This document shows, in pieces, positions 12,601-25,470 of a stretch of 64,000 nucleotides of DNA; the first letter of the stretch is position 1; each line of letters starts with the position of its first letter. Origin of the DNA: Podarcis filfolensis (lineage: Eukaryota); the NCBI GenBank assembly GCA_964270895.1, contig OZ185440.1. One strand, 5' to 3'. A model generated the notes under the pieces. The model had not been told where the DNA came from, ran no database searches, and worked only from the letters and a program-made list of their open reading frames with translations. The position numbers and the translations under genes were made by a program.

Positions 12601-13029
12601 CAAAAGCCACCCCCCCCCCCAATTATCTGTGTTGGGAATTTCTCACATTTGGAGACCTGTGTCATTTTTTTAGAAAAAACATTTGCAGTTCTCACCTGCA
12701 GCCTATATATATCTTGCTTTAATTAGTAGTCAAATAGGCTGAAAGGGAAATTTGTCCCCCTGCCTTTAAAATACTGTGCCAGCAATTATATACTCAGTTC
12801 AAATTATAAGAAGCATGGGGTGACATAGGAATACAAAACTAAGCAGGCCAGAGTTGCATATAAACCTGAGGCATGTCTCTGCACACGGTTGGATCCAGAG
12901 ATCCCATGATCAAGCATTCCATTCACAGATGGATGCTTGTCTGAGATTTTTGCCTTTTGTCCCTTTCTCCTGAGCCCCCTGAACATGTTAGAGGACCTCT
13001 GAAACAGCACTGGAAATAGCACATAAAAC

Positions 13030-13290
13030 TGCTGGGGGAAATTGCTACTCCACTTTTTGGTCTATGGCTGCCTCCAATGGACTGCCCATTCTCCTGCATA
13101 TAGAAGCAGCTCTTCTATTCATAGAAGGGCATCTTTGGATCCAAACTGGTATTGTGATTGTTTACTTCATTTGTATCCCCCCCCCCATTAAGTGGGTTGA
13201 TTGGGGATTGGTCTATATAAAATTTCATATAATAAAACAAATAGTCCACATGATAAAAATAATAACGTGTACTGTATTGAAATCTGTTTA
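13030..13290 (-). mobile_element. Degenerate L1-like ORF2 C-terminal fragment
   Basis: Broken minus-strand frames give EILYRP... and LLLYAGEWAVHWRQP, resembling the KILYRWY and AAR..IA..WK motifs of non-mammalian L1 ORF2. Confidence 0.3.
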
Positions 13291-14518
13291 ACAGCCATGG
13301 ATTCCCAAAGCAAACAATAGGAATTGTCAGTTTCTGAGGCAGATGAGGGTTATTTGGTAGAGCTTATGCAACAACTCAGGCCCTTCTTTTCCCTACTGCT
13401 TCCTCTGTAGTTCCTGGTATCCAAATAGATGTACTGGTATATACTTGATGGGGAACATGCCAGTGTGGAGCCAGGGTCTTGGCACTGCTGAGCTAGGGGC
13501 GTTTCTCTACAGTATTTGTTTTTGCTTCGCAAAACTTGAAGAAAACGAAAACCGTGGTTTGAGTGAAAATCAAGTTTGGTTGATCCAGGGTTCACCCAGC
13601 AAGGCACATCTTTCTAATTTCATGCCTCACTGGGATGATACGTCATGCTTTCTACAGTGTGACAGCTTGCTACATAGCATAACTCAACAAACTGATGCAA
13701 CAGAGCATGCTAAATTAACCTGCTAGTCAAACCCAGGAAATTCAGACCAACATGCAGCTTTTGCTGAAACTTGCATTGTTTGAAAACGTGCCTCTTTGTG
13801 TCGCCTGGTTTTGTTTGAAAAACAATTTACTACACTCTCTGCATGGTGTGGCATTCAAATTTCTCTGGTTCCACTAGCTGTGGTAGCGAGTAACTGCTTT
13901 GAGAAACTCAGTTCCATTTTCGTCCAGCCCAGGCAGAGCTTCGTCCAGCCCAGAGGAGCAGGGAGGCCATTCACACTGAGCATTTTGCAGAACATTTCAA
14001 TATATATTCATTATTTTATTTATTTTTAAATGGTGTGTTTCTTAAAGAGTAGTATTGTATAATATTCTTATGAATATAACACACACACGCACAATTTTTG
14101 TATGAATCAACATAGCTCATGAATGCTCTATATCAATATACTGTGATATGTATGGTCTCATTACATGAGTGGTTCAGATGATTACCACATGGGCTAGCAC
14201 AGTGTGCCTCACAGCCACATCCCCACGATTTGGCTGGTATGTGAATGCCCTGCCTTGTTCTGGTAGCAGTCAGATATCAGGGCAACTGAGAAATGCATTG
14301 TCTTGCAAAGCCGATATTAAGTACAGTGAGGCTGTCCGAGAGCAGGCATGGTCCAATAGCAGAGTCATACAACAAAGACAACATAGACAGTCCAAAAGTA
14401 GGCAGCATTCCATCATCCAGGGGCCAATAGCACAAGATCAGGCAGGCTAGGAAGCCAAAACAAGCAGCTAAGTTGTACAGAGCACACGTGCTGTTCCAGC
14501 AACTCAGAAGCTCAAAGG

Positions 14519-14654
14519 CAGACATAGGCAAACTTGGCCGTCCAGATGTTTTGGGACTACAACTCCCATCATCCCTAGGTAACAGGACCAGTGGTCAGGG
14601 ATGATGGGAGTTGTAGTCCCAAAACATCTGGAGGGCCGAGTTTGCCTATGCCTG
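14519..14654. mobile_element. 136-bp palindromic hAT-type MITE with perfect 8-bp TSD
   Basis: 58-bp inverted arms (55/58 complementary) around a 20-nt spacer; flanked by CTCAAAGG at 14511-14518 and 14655-14662. Confidence 0.92.
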
Positions 14655-15005
14655 CTCAAAGGCCTCCCAGGGGGATCCCTAATCCCATCTGCCACTGATG
14701 TGTTCTGATAGCCCTTCTACTTGAAATGTACCCATTCTATCAAGCAGCTCTTTACACCTCCATTACAATGACTTTGAGTTCTTCAGGCATGCACCTTGTT
14801 GTAGGCCTGCGGCCAAGGTTTGAATCTTTAGATGCCTGCACACTTGAGGACTGTAAGGTGACTTGACCTATCCCTGACCAATCTGCTGCCTGGAGCTTAG
14901 CCTAAGGGCCCATAAGAGTTTCTTCAAGAGGCAGCCCTGGGGAGGCTCCCCTCAGGATTCTCAGAGCTGGCAGCAGGGGATTCTGTCTATTCTCCCAAGT
15001 GTTCG

Positions 15006-15057
15006 AATCATAGAGGTGGAAGGAAGCCGCGGATCATCTAATTCAACCCCCTGCAAT
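15006..15057 (-). mobile_element. CR1 LINE extreme 3' end
   Basis: aatcatagaggtggaaggaagcc..ggatcatctaattcaaccccctgcaatg is the antisense CR1 3' UTR/tail; matches the end of 53912-54294. Confidence 0.55.
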
Positions 15058-16717
15058 GAAAGTATCTCAACTAATGTTACCTCTACTGTAAAGAAGTCAC
15101 CAGGAAATGTTTCCAAATAGCAGCCACTACAAAAGAGGGGATGCAACATAGAGAAGTTCACCACACAGAGTTCCTGTATCTCGCCACACAAGTATCACAC
15201 ATTCCTGTTGGCTGGCACTTGCTTAAAGATATCAACATGGCTGCTCTACTGTAAGTAACATGTAGCCTGTCCATGGCCTACTGGTCAGTAGCAGTAACAT
15301 GCAGCAGTCTCAGGAAAGTGGTGGCACAGTAGTTGGCTGCTGCACTAACAGAAGGCATCCATAATGGTGCAAGGGGATGAAGTATTCCATTGTGTCAGTG
15401 CTTGGGATCTATTGCAAGAGTCTATGTCAATGTGTCAGCTCTTTGGATTGGAATATAAGACAACTTGTGTTACAATACACATCTGTCTTGTGAGACTTCT
15501 CATCTTAACTCTGAGAAAATTTCTCTATGGTCAGTGGGACCTCTCTGTATGAAGATACTTGATAGCAGTGCTAAGGAGTTTCCATATCACGTTGTAAAAT
15601 CCTGATAACGCATTACAAAACTATGGAGCCCTTTCTTTTTTTCCTTTTTGGTTTTAGTTATTCACACAAGTGCCTCTTCTTTGACTGCTCTGTTGAAGTT
15701 GAGGAGTGCTTTATTGACAAATAACTTGAAATCTTTCAGAGAAAATATAAGTAACGTTATCTGTTTCTTCCTCTCCTTTTTCAAAAAAATCCAAAAACAA
15801 TGCACAAAAACCATACAGCAATATTATCAACACTTTGCACTTTCCTTGGTATGTATCTTAACATTCTGTAATCCTCTTTGCAACAAAAAGGGGACTACAC
15901 TAAGATGGAATTATATTTTAATGTAATTCCTCGCAAAACAAAAGGGGAGTGTGCTCAATAGCTGGCTAAGATGTATGGTAAACAGGGAGCCAGGCAAGCT
16001 CAAGGAACATCATGAGTAGTTTCTATGGCAACAAAAATGTCAGCTATCCTTTTGGCTGATGTCGTTACTCCATAGTTTGAAGCAGTGACACCGACACTTT
16101 GAAATTTATTTTTAAAAATAAGGTACGGAGAGCACCCCAGTGAAGCTTCAAACAAGGGGAAGTTAAGCCATTAAACATAATGTTATGTGACATATATATA
16201 ATGATATAAAAGTGAAAGAAATTGCCTCCAACCCTGCTTTTCTGTGTTTTATAACAAATGTGATTAAGCTGTTTACTAGAGGAGGTTATCCTGAATTATT
16301 TGCCTGTTCTGACAAAACTCCAGATTAGCTGCTAGGATCTGAACATTCAAGTTTTTTCGAGGCAACGTTCACTTGCTGTACATGATCAATGCAAATGCTT
16401 TTTATGCAAGTCGTCACCCATATAGAATACTCATGCACACAAGTTTGAACAGAGTTGCCTGCCTTTTCATAGGGCATTAGACATTCGTTGCACTTAACAC
16501 ATGAAGCAAAGTTGAAGCCTGACATACGATGAATTGCAAATGATCTCTTTTTCACAGCAAATGTCTAGTCAGTCAAAGATGGGTCCTCAAAAGCAGTAGT
16601 GTTGCAAATGCATCCATCAGATATTGGAGTCAGCCTATATGGGTCAAATACTTTCCTAGGGGTACTCAAAATGATTATGCTACGTTATTTTCCCAGTGGT
16701 GCCTTTTATTTTCTGTT

Positions 16718-16749
<32 letters not shown>
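16718..16749. repeat. (TC)n(TA)n compound microsatellite
   Basis: Visible tandem repeat. Confidence 0.9.
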
Positions 16750-17564
16750 ATGTATAAACACATTACTCTGTTTTTCAATGTACGGTGACAATACATGGTT
16801 CTACATATTGTACATGGCTGTGGAAGCTGGAAGTAAATATGGTTGTCATGATGATAAGAGCATCTTTTCATCTTTATCTTAGAAATACAGGATCCTCAGG
16901 ACAATGACAGCTTCTTGTTATGGAAAATAAATTTGTAATAGTAGAACGGTATCTCTCCAGTTAGTCTTGACTTCTCCCTGCTTGCCAAAGGCAAGGAAGC
17001 AAATGAGCATCATTCTCAAGCCTTCTGACTAGTTTCTACATTGCACACGAGTCACCCAAGAAAATATTGTTTGGTGTACAACTGAAACACACAGGCTAGG
17101 AAAATGTAACTGTTTATGGTTATCAGTGAAAAAGAGGATGTAAGCTCTTCACACTTTTATCAACATCAGCATTTCAGAAGGTATTACAAAGATTATTTAT
17201 GGTAGGCTAGCTTTTTTAAAAAACAGAAAAATACATGCCATTGCTGGTTCTGTTTAATATCTGCCTTCTGCAGAATGTAGAAGTGGCACAGTCTGCATTT
17301 TGCACAGGGCATTCATAGTCACTCTTAGATAGAGGGATAGGGACAGTCAGAAATGATAGGAAATCAGGCTGTAGGAGACTAGGGAAACAGGAGATCAGGC
17401 CAAAGGCTTGGCTGAAGATAAAGGTATATCAAGTGCTTCCAGCTGTTCCAGAACTGCAACTTCAATTATCCCAGCCACCATGGACAATGATCAGTGATGA
17501 CTGACCATTGAGGGCATTGGGTCCGGAAAGCCTATCTCAAAGAGAGAAATGTCCTTTAATTAGC

Positions 17565-17870
17565 ACAGATTGCTCCAGATATTGAAAGCAGTCCTATCAG
17601 CAAGGCCAACACTATCATTAGGCAGGATGAAATGGCCATCCCAGGTGACTGATGCTTGGAAGCAGCAAAGAGGTTTGGAGGACAGAGCTGTTGATGCCAC
17701 TTGTCTTGCCATGCACCTCCAAAGCCAGTCACCTATGCTCAGGTCCTCTGGAGGACATTGCAGCATCATGACTGTTGAAACTAGAGTCAACTGCTGGTCA
17801 GGTCCACTCCTGTATGACCTGGATGTGGGCTTTGCCTTGGGCAGAAAAATGTCCTGAACTGGTCCTGCCC
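17565..17870 (+). mobile_element. Very degenerate L2 ORF2 C-terminal fragment
   Basis: LQILKAVLSAR... and PMLRSSGG resemble the L2 LQ..QNAAARL and LRSS motifs. Confidence 0.3.
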
Positions 17871-19344
17871 ACCAAAACAGTTTCAATAGATGCTGAGCTC
17901 TTTTCTGAGGATCTTGTTCTATGCTGGAAGCCATGATTGCTGAAAGCAGGAGAAGAGATGGAGTAGGAAGCAGACTTCTTTTTCCACATCTTTATTTTTG
18001 ATTGCATATGGAAAAATAGCAGAGGGTTCTCTCTTTGCACTATTCCACTGTTACCACTTGATGGGAAATTGCTCCTGTGTACCAGAAGGAAAGGGTGCAT
18101 CTGTTTATGTATCAGAAACAAACTAGATGTACATGGAAACATGTGAGCCTTGGAGAGATAAAGTGATGGAAATTATTGTGCACATTTGTAGGTGTGCACA
18201 TGTGTGTGTAGGAGTGAATACAGGGTCATGCATTTTGACGTGAGACAAATCAGTAATATGAATCTAGTCCTGAACTATTCATCATGCCCATAATAAAATG
18301 TTTTCAAAAATCTCTCATTACCTGTTTTCTGGATACAGTTTTGATGCAAGTCCCTTAGAGGTGCATCCATAGATTTTTTTTACAGTTGTCTATTCAAATG
18401 CCACATTTGAAGACCAATGCTGCTGTGCATTTGGTCGCTCAGCTGTTCTGTTTTATTTACATAAGTAGGCTCAATGGGGGAAAAAAAATCTCAGAGAAGT
18501 CTGCTAGATATCTGTGGCTTTCTATTTGAGTTAATTTTTGTTAAAGATCAGCTCCAGAAATCTCATATGTGAATATAGGCAATTTACAGCATAAAATTAA
18601 TCTAAATGCCACAGTTAAAATATTCATTTGCTTAGCCTTGACAGAGACAGAATGCTGACTAAAGACTAATAGATACAAATTTATATGCTTTCATTAGCCT
18701 TTTAGTCCTGAAATGAATGTTTGTAATGCACCAGCCGACCACATCAAGAAAAGCAGTGTGACCCTTTCCATAAGAGGGTTGCATAGTGCTGGCAAAAAAG
18801 GCAGCATTGGGCTGGCTGAAACAAGACTGGAAGCCTCTGTTGTTCATTTGCATAGGCTATAATTCTTCATATATATATGTTTTGCCCTTTTTCTGTATTA
18901 TCTTGAATGCAATACCTGCTATTAGGAAAATCGTAGAGCTTATTGCCATGCCCTTTTATGCAGGCATTAGCTGCAGTATTTGCAGACTGACTTTGTTTTG
19001 GAACTGGTATGGGCTGTAATGCCACCTCTAGGCTTTGAAGGGCAAGGAACTCCCAGTGGGTCCCATCAATGTGGAATGTGGTAGAATAGGTAGAAAGGGG
19101 GTGGGAAACTCTTTTCAGCCCTAGAGCCACATTACCTCCCAGACAACTGTTTGGAGACCACATGGTAGTACTGGACCAGAGGCAAAGTGGGTGAAGTGCT
19201 GTTTAGCAGGCTAAACTCCAGCTGCACAAAAGTCAGAAGTGTCTATAGAGGTTCTGGAGAACCAGATACTTCCTCCAAAAATATATATCAATAGTGGTGA
19301 CCAGATTGTCAGGTAGCACAGTCCAATGAAAGGGGCTTTTAAAT

Positions 19345-19515
19345 ATAAGAGCATAAGAACACAAGAAGAGCTTGCTGGATCAGACCAATGGCCCATCTAG
19401 TCCAGCGTTCTCTTCTCATGGTCAGTGAGATGCCTGTTGGAACCCCATAAACAAGACCTGAGCACAAGAGCACTCTCCTCTCCTGTGGTTTCCAGCAACT
19501 GGTATTCAGAAGCAT
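19345..19515 (-). mobile_element. CR1 LINE 3' UTR with (TTCTTATG)-type tail
   Basis: ataagagcataagaacacaagaagagcttgctggatcagaccaatggcccatctagtccagc...ggtttccagcaactggtattcagaagc; same family as 48165-48370. Confidence 0.75.
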
Positions 19516-19854
19516 TTCCCATGGAATATTTTGCTACCACCATCTTTGTTGGCACCAAATTTAGCTCCCACTCTGGGGTTTGGAGGCACCATTCCTCATG
19601 GTCTAGAACTGCAGGAGCCTTCAACCTACAATAATCTCTACTGCTGGCTATGTGGCAGACGGGGGCAAGTCTTGGCTATGCAGTTCAAATGCCTTGGTTT
19701 CCTAATTGAATAAGCCAGCATCCCCCATCCTACCCTAGAAAACATATTCCATTTCCCTGGAGCACAGTCTACTTTTTTGGTTGTTCAGTGAACACCTGAC
19801 TGGAGTATGCAAAATACACGGCTTTTGTGCAAACTTTAGTTCCAAATGCATCTC

Positions 19855-19985
19855 AGCCATAACTTCACTGGCTGATCTAATCATCCGTCTCAGTTTTTCT
19901 TCTATATATAAACCACAGTGACCTCACAAGGTCCTGGTAAGGATGAATGAAAAAGCACAAGTATAGGAAGTGTTGTATAATTAAT
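19855..19985 (+). mobile_element. Degenerate MIR-like SINE
   Basis: gccataacttcactggctga...tctcagtttttct...cctcacaaggtcctggtaaggatgaatga resembles the MIR core and 3' part. Confidence 0.4.
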
Positions 19986-21869
19986 TTCTCAAATTAAATG
20001 TTTTCAAATACAAATTATTTTCTATATATAGGCTTTTGTGACCCGAAATCAACATTTAAGGGGGAGAGGAGAATTTTCAAAAACCCTTTCAATGATATAA
20101 GTATAGTGTATATAATTATCATAAAATGCTATCCAGTTGTAGCAAGTGTAATAAATCAGAATGTTTATTCTGCAATTCTGCATTCATACTCTACTGCTAG
20201 AAGAAGGCTGTTGATTAAGTTAAGTGCCTGTGCATTGGTAGATAGATGCTGTTTTCCTGCAAGAGGGGAGTTGTCTAATAAATGAATGCTAGTTTCTATA
20301 AGACTTCCTATAAACTGTATTCTGTTGCTGTTCTCTCTTTTTCTCAACAGAATTTCTTCACTCTTAGAGGAGGAGGCTAGGTTCTACTTTTAGGAAACTG
20401 TATTTATTTTTAATCCTATACAGGAGGGAGTCACATCTCAGCTAAAATAAAGTGTGTCTGTGGAAGGCTGATAAAAACACAGGTTTCAATGTAATGCGGT
20501 ATTGAAAAATGTGACAATTTAGAATCATTTTCACTACTGCAATTGCTGAAGTTTTGCTTCTGTGAATGAAATAAAGAATCTGACATGGCAGTGGAAAACA
20601 GTCATCCATTTCATTGTCTTCTGTGTATGAGAGAGTCAGACTGTTGAGTTTAAGCCACCTATTCCATAATTGCAAAATGCTACCTAGCAGTAGTATTACT
20701 CTGCTATATTTTGGGTCAGATGTGCAGTACCCGGGCTTGACAGAGATCACTGGCTAGCAGTCCTGCAACTCACTCAATCATAGAATAGTTGCCACTGAAT
20801 TTCACCTAGTACAAAATTCTAAATGTGTTCGGATGGTCCCATTCGTGCAGAACATCAATTGGGATTTAGAAAGGTGCAAGAAGCGAGGTTTTCAATCGTG
20901 ACATCTGGCTCCCCTGCAGTACACCTGAGTATCTTTCCCCCTCTTTTACCCACTGCAGTGGCTTGGCACACTCCCAGAACTTGGAAAGAACAGGGAAATA
21001 AATCACATGGTTGCTGTTTTTAATTTAGGAAGAGGATATTGAGCATGATAATTGTCTGCAAAAGGTTGTGTGGTTGAAGCAGGCTGTATATCCTTTAAGG
21101 ATACAAATGGATGGAAAGAATAGAAATTTACATAAAAGGGTAAGCCTTGGAAAGAGCTGGGAAACAAGTTTAAAACTTTGTGATTAATAGGAAAAATAAG
21201 TGAAAATGAAGGAATTACCTAAAATAATTATTTTCCAAAATGTAAATTGTTCCATTACATTCATTACAGCAGGGGTTGAGAACCTTTGGCCCTTGCAGAT
21301 GCTGCTGGACTGAAACTCACAAGCATGGGCAATGGCGAGGGATGGTGGGAGCCATAGTGTTTGCTGACTCTCACTGTACAGCAACTGGTATTAGATACCT
21401 GCCACAGATCATTTCTGATCTCAGATTTCAGGAAGCTGCTGCTTTATTGCTTGGCTGCCCTTAGGTGCTGGAAGTGGCAATGTTAATGTTCATCAGGTAG
21501 CCAAAGAGTTAATCTGGTGGAGATGTGAAATCAAGGATCATTTTAAAATCTCAATAACAGTTGTTGCCTAAGGGATCACAGTGTGCTAAACCACAAGATA
21601 AAAAGGCCTGACAAAGATTATTGACGCTTTTACCTTTTAATGAGAAGCTTGGATTGATTTTGTTGCCCTTCAGCACTGTTTGGCTTGCCCTGTTTCCACT
21701 CATGATGTCATGATTAACAAAGAATATAAATATGCAGGAGTAGTGCTGCCATATTTGAAGAAATGCAAAACATAGTTATAAAGAGGGCAAAAAGAAACAA
21801 CATAAGCCCCTGAAGCTCCACCGTTAAGGATTGCACACTGTTGCACCATCCTTAAATAAATAAGGCCCA

Positions 21870-22045
21870 CTCAGGCACAGCTGGGTCAAATTCAGTCCAC
21901 CCAGCTTACCCACTTAAGTCTTGGTAATTAATACAAACCAGGTTGGCTACCTTGTCCATGATCAAATCATGGATAAGTGGGATCTTATTATGAATTGACC
22001 TGACATTAAATAGCAGCACTGTCAGGCTGGATGGCCCCTGCAGCC
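21870..22045 (-). mobile_element. L2/CR1-clade APE endonuclease N-terminal fragment
   Basis: Minus ORF gives LTVLLFNVRSIHNKIPLIHDLIMDKVANLVCI, matching the NARS..NK...IHDLI.DE.ADL.CITETW motif. Confidence 0.6.
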
Positions 22046-22399
22046 AAGTGGCAAGATAAAGAAAGGGCAGGAAGAGGGAATGGCCTACACACATTGACAT
22101 CTAATTATGCAAACATCTCTAATTGCCTGGGAGTCTTTGTGTGTGGGGGTGGGTGGGTGGGTTACAGACACCGGCTCTATATACTACATAAATTATGTGA
22201 TGGTGGGGAACTTCTTTTTCTATAATTTGCTTTGTGTTTCTGTCTTTACTAGAGTGGTGAATAATCTCTGGGCTTCAATACCGCTGGAAAGCTGCCAAGG
22301 GTGGGGGCGGGGATTGCTCTGTTTGTATGTTATTTAAGCTCTATGGAGATGCATGATTGGAAAATAGCCACTGTAACACAATTTTTAAAACAGTGATCT

Positions 22400-22708
22400 G
22401 GGAGGATCCTGGAAACTACAGGCCGGCTAGCTTAACATCTATCCCTGGAGAACTGGTGGAAAATGTTCAGGATAAAATACCCATGCATTAAGAAGAACAA
22501 GCCTTGCTGATACAGAGTTCTTTGAGAGTGTCAACAAGCAATAAAAATAGAAATGATCCTGTTGACATAGTGTGCCTGGACTTTCAAAGAGCATTTGACA
22601 AGGTACCTTGAATAGACTCCTGAGGAAGCTTAGCAGTCATGGAATAAAAGGAGAGGTCCTCTTGTGGATCAGGAATAGGTTAAGTAGCAGGAAGCAGAGA
22701 GTGGGAGT
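22400..22708 (+). mobile_element. CR1 LINE reverse-transcriptase fragment (internally deleted)
   Basis: Broken frames give DPGNYRPASLTSIPGELVE ... DPVDIVCLDFQRAFDKVP ... LLRKLSSHGIKGEVLLWIRNRLSSRKQRV, canonical CR1 RT motifs. Confidence 0.85.
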
Positions 22709-22779
22709 ACTTTTATATGGTCAGAACTGTCCCTAAAGTAATATACTGGTATCTGAAATGGAAACCGATTACACTATAC

Positions 22780-22893
22780 CGGAGGTAGCCAATATGTTGC
22801 CTTCCAGGTGTTTTTGGACTATAACGTACATCAGCTTCAGTCAGCATGGCCAACAGACAGGGATGATGGAGGGCACCATGTTGGCTATCCCTG
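22780..22893. mobile_element. Palindromic hAT-type MITE (older copy)
   Basis: Ends cggaggtagccaatatgttgcc / ggcaccatgttggctatccctg; core related to the 14519 element. Confidence 0.65.
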
Positions 22894-22989
22894 CCTAATA
22901 GCAAACCCATTATCTGAGTGTGGATTCTTATGTAGCCAAAACAACACCATCCAGGCACAAGAGGGAAGTATCAGCAGGTTCTGAAAGCC

Positions 22990-23230
22990 CAAAAGTTTGC
23001 AGATGTACAAAAAATCTTCATGAGAAAAAAAATCAGGAGGGAGGCAGAATCAAAAGCAGCTAAACGAAGACTGAGAGTGCTTGATGGCCACAGAATGGTG
23101 ACTGAGGTGGAGTCAGGATGCAACTGGAGTATCCTAGAAAAGGACATTGCTGACTGACTGGCACTGTGAACAGGAGCTCTCCACTCTATAACATTTTGTT
23201 GCAGGTTCCATTTGTCTGCCATATAATCAG
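22990..23230 (+). mobile_element. Possible pogo/Tigger-like transposase remnant
   Basis: KRRLRV...WSILEKDIAD* loosely resembles the CENP-B-type HTH segment (W..LE..L..W); weak. Confidence 0.22.
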
Positions 23231-25379
23231 CAAATAGCAGGAATTATGAAATGTCCACATGTCCATCAGTCAGCAAGCCAGTTAAAAGATATGTTCCCCA
23301 TGTACACTCCATAGAAGACAAATCCTAAATTTACATTAGGAAGGCAGGTGAGGTCAGTGTTGCTCACATGTAAGCACATTCATGTGCAAAGGATACAAAA
23401 GGGCCTCCGCTATTGTGGGTTAGGTTGTGTTATATATAACCCTGGAAATAGCATTATCAGAAGAGCCATGCATACATGGGATATGAATTATTTAATTTCT
23501 ATTAAACTCTTCCAACTTGTTAAGAAGTGTTGAAGGACAAAAATACAATCAGCTGTTGACCTTATGTTGCTGGATCATGCAATTTAAAATAGAAACTGGG
23601 CAAATGCTAACACCAAGCGAATTCAAAAGTAATCAAGAACAACCCCCTGCAATAAATGAACCCCCTCTGTGCTCAGATATTCTAGGGCAGCCCTATTTGG
23701 CACTTGAGTTGACCTTTGTCATGCGGAATTGTGACTTATGTTCATAACAAGCTGCTCCAAGTTGCCTTCAAATTGTCCACTGCCTTCTCACTTGTGCCCT
23801 AGTTGTGGAACACTTTCCCATTTGAAGTATGCTCTGGCACAACTTTTCATACTAAGTGGGCCGCAAGAGTACTTCAACACAGAACCCGTGGGCTGCATAC
23901 AGCTTTATCACATGCAGGGGTGAGTGAGGCCAAAATCTGAAATGGCATTAATATCTGGAGCTGCATTGGAAGCCCAAGGGATTACTTTGTTTGTTTCAAA
24001 AGGCAACTCATTCTTGGCTTCTGAAACAAAATGGCTGAATGTTTTCATGGGACCACTCATTGTCATAAAATAGTCCATGGACAATAATAGTTTTGCATTG
24101 TGTATCTGTTAGGTATCCACTTGTAAAATTAATAAGCTTTATAAACAGAAAAAGAAACATCAGGGCTAACATCTTCTTTAAGAATACATCATTCAGATTG
24201 AAGCATAAAACTAAACCAGCGAGAAATATTTCTTCTGACCTTAGCTGGTGATCCATTTAATTTATGCCTTTGAGCATGAAGGTTGGGAGCCCTTATTTTT
24301 GATAGTAATATTCTAAGAGGCTGAGTTGCACTGAAGATGGAACTTGTTTCCTGAAAGGGATCTTTACCTGCCTTTCATGACCTCAGGTAACCTAGAGACA
24401 TTTGGGACTATATTCACAATAAAAAAAACCATAAAGTTCTGTAATGCTTTTAGGCAGTCCTGAAAGTGAACCCAGAAAGTCAGTAAATGTGGCTTTGAAC
24501 TTATAACAATGCAATATGAAAGCCTTATTATAAAGGTAAATATTCATCATCAGATATAACATTGGTTTCCTTTATCAACAAAGAAGATGGCAATGCAATT
24601 TGTTTTTATGTTCTGCCAAAAACTAGTATTCATCATTGTTGACCCTGTGGCTGAGACAAGTTTTATAGCATCTGCTTTCTATGTTAGCCCTTGGGGTTCC
24701 AGTGCAGATTCTGCTTTTTGCTGATTCTCTAGCAATAAACTGCACCCCATATTAAGAACTCAGAACTGCCTGGCATGTTATCCTGTTGCTGTGATTGCAG
24801 CTGACAACCCAAATTGCATGGGCACCTTTCTGTGAAGTTAATAGCCTATGTTGAGCGGTGCTCACTTTCGGCTGATTTAAACAATGATTTTGTGTGTTTG
24901 TGTGAGCAATTTTCATTTTCTTCCCCGTATAATCCTGTTGAGAATTGAATATTAGTAGGGTGTCTTATACAGTTGGGGTTCCTTGATGTAACCATACCAC
25001 CAGGATAATATGTGACATGGACATATTATCTGGATAAATAGAGCAGAAAACATATGACAGTTCATTTGAAACTACTACATACCCTCCCTTGCTAATTTTG
25101 AATTCAGGACCAAATGTTTCCTGTCCTGCTCCTCCAGAAACAGCATCCCAAATACGGATATTTAACAATAGGAAAGACACCCCAATAAATGAAGAGGTAC
25201 TACTTAATAGCATTTTGTGGTTCTCATTTTATTTCTGACAACCCCTCTTATTGATTTTTCTTTCCCTCATGCTTTTGAACTTTTCTCATTCCTACTTCTT
25301 TTCCATCCTTCTGATGGAGTGTTGAACTCAAATGAGGTGACTATTGTCTCTGAATAGAGTCAACAGAATGGGATGAGAA

Positions 25380-25470
25380 CCAGTGTGGTGTGGTATGGTG
25401 ATTATAATATTGCAGTGGGTGCTGGGTTGAAATCCCCAGTCAGCCATGAAGCTCACTGACTGACCATGGG
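25380..25470 (+). mobile_element. tRNA-headed CORE-SINE fragment
   Basis: cagtgtggtgtggt...gggttgaaatccccagtcagccatgaagctcactgactgaccatggg (B-box-like element plus CORE start). Confidence 0.5.

Noticed and set aside
16325-16555. Cys-rich minus ORF (CVKCNEC...) as a zinc-finger or LIM exon
   Set aside because: Cys/His spacing fits no known finger and there are no flanking splice sites
25000-25033. 10-bp perfect inverted repeat GATAATATGT/ACATATTATC
   Set aside because: About one such hairpin is expected by chance in 64 kb of AT-rich DNA
24965-25213. IRIWDAVSG looked like a WD40 repeat end
   Set aside because: No upstream WD40 pattern (GH dipeptide, spacing) and no good acceptor; too short to be meaningful
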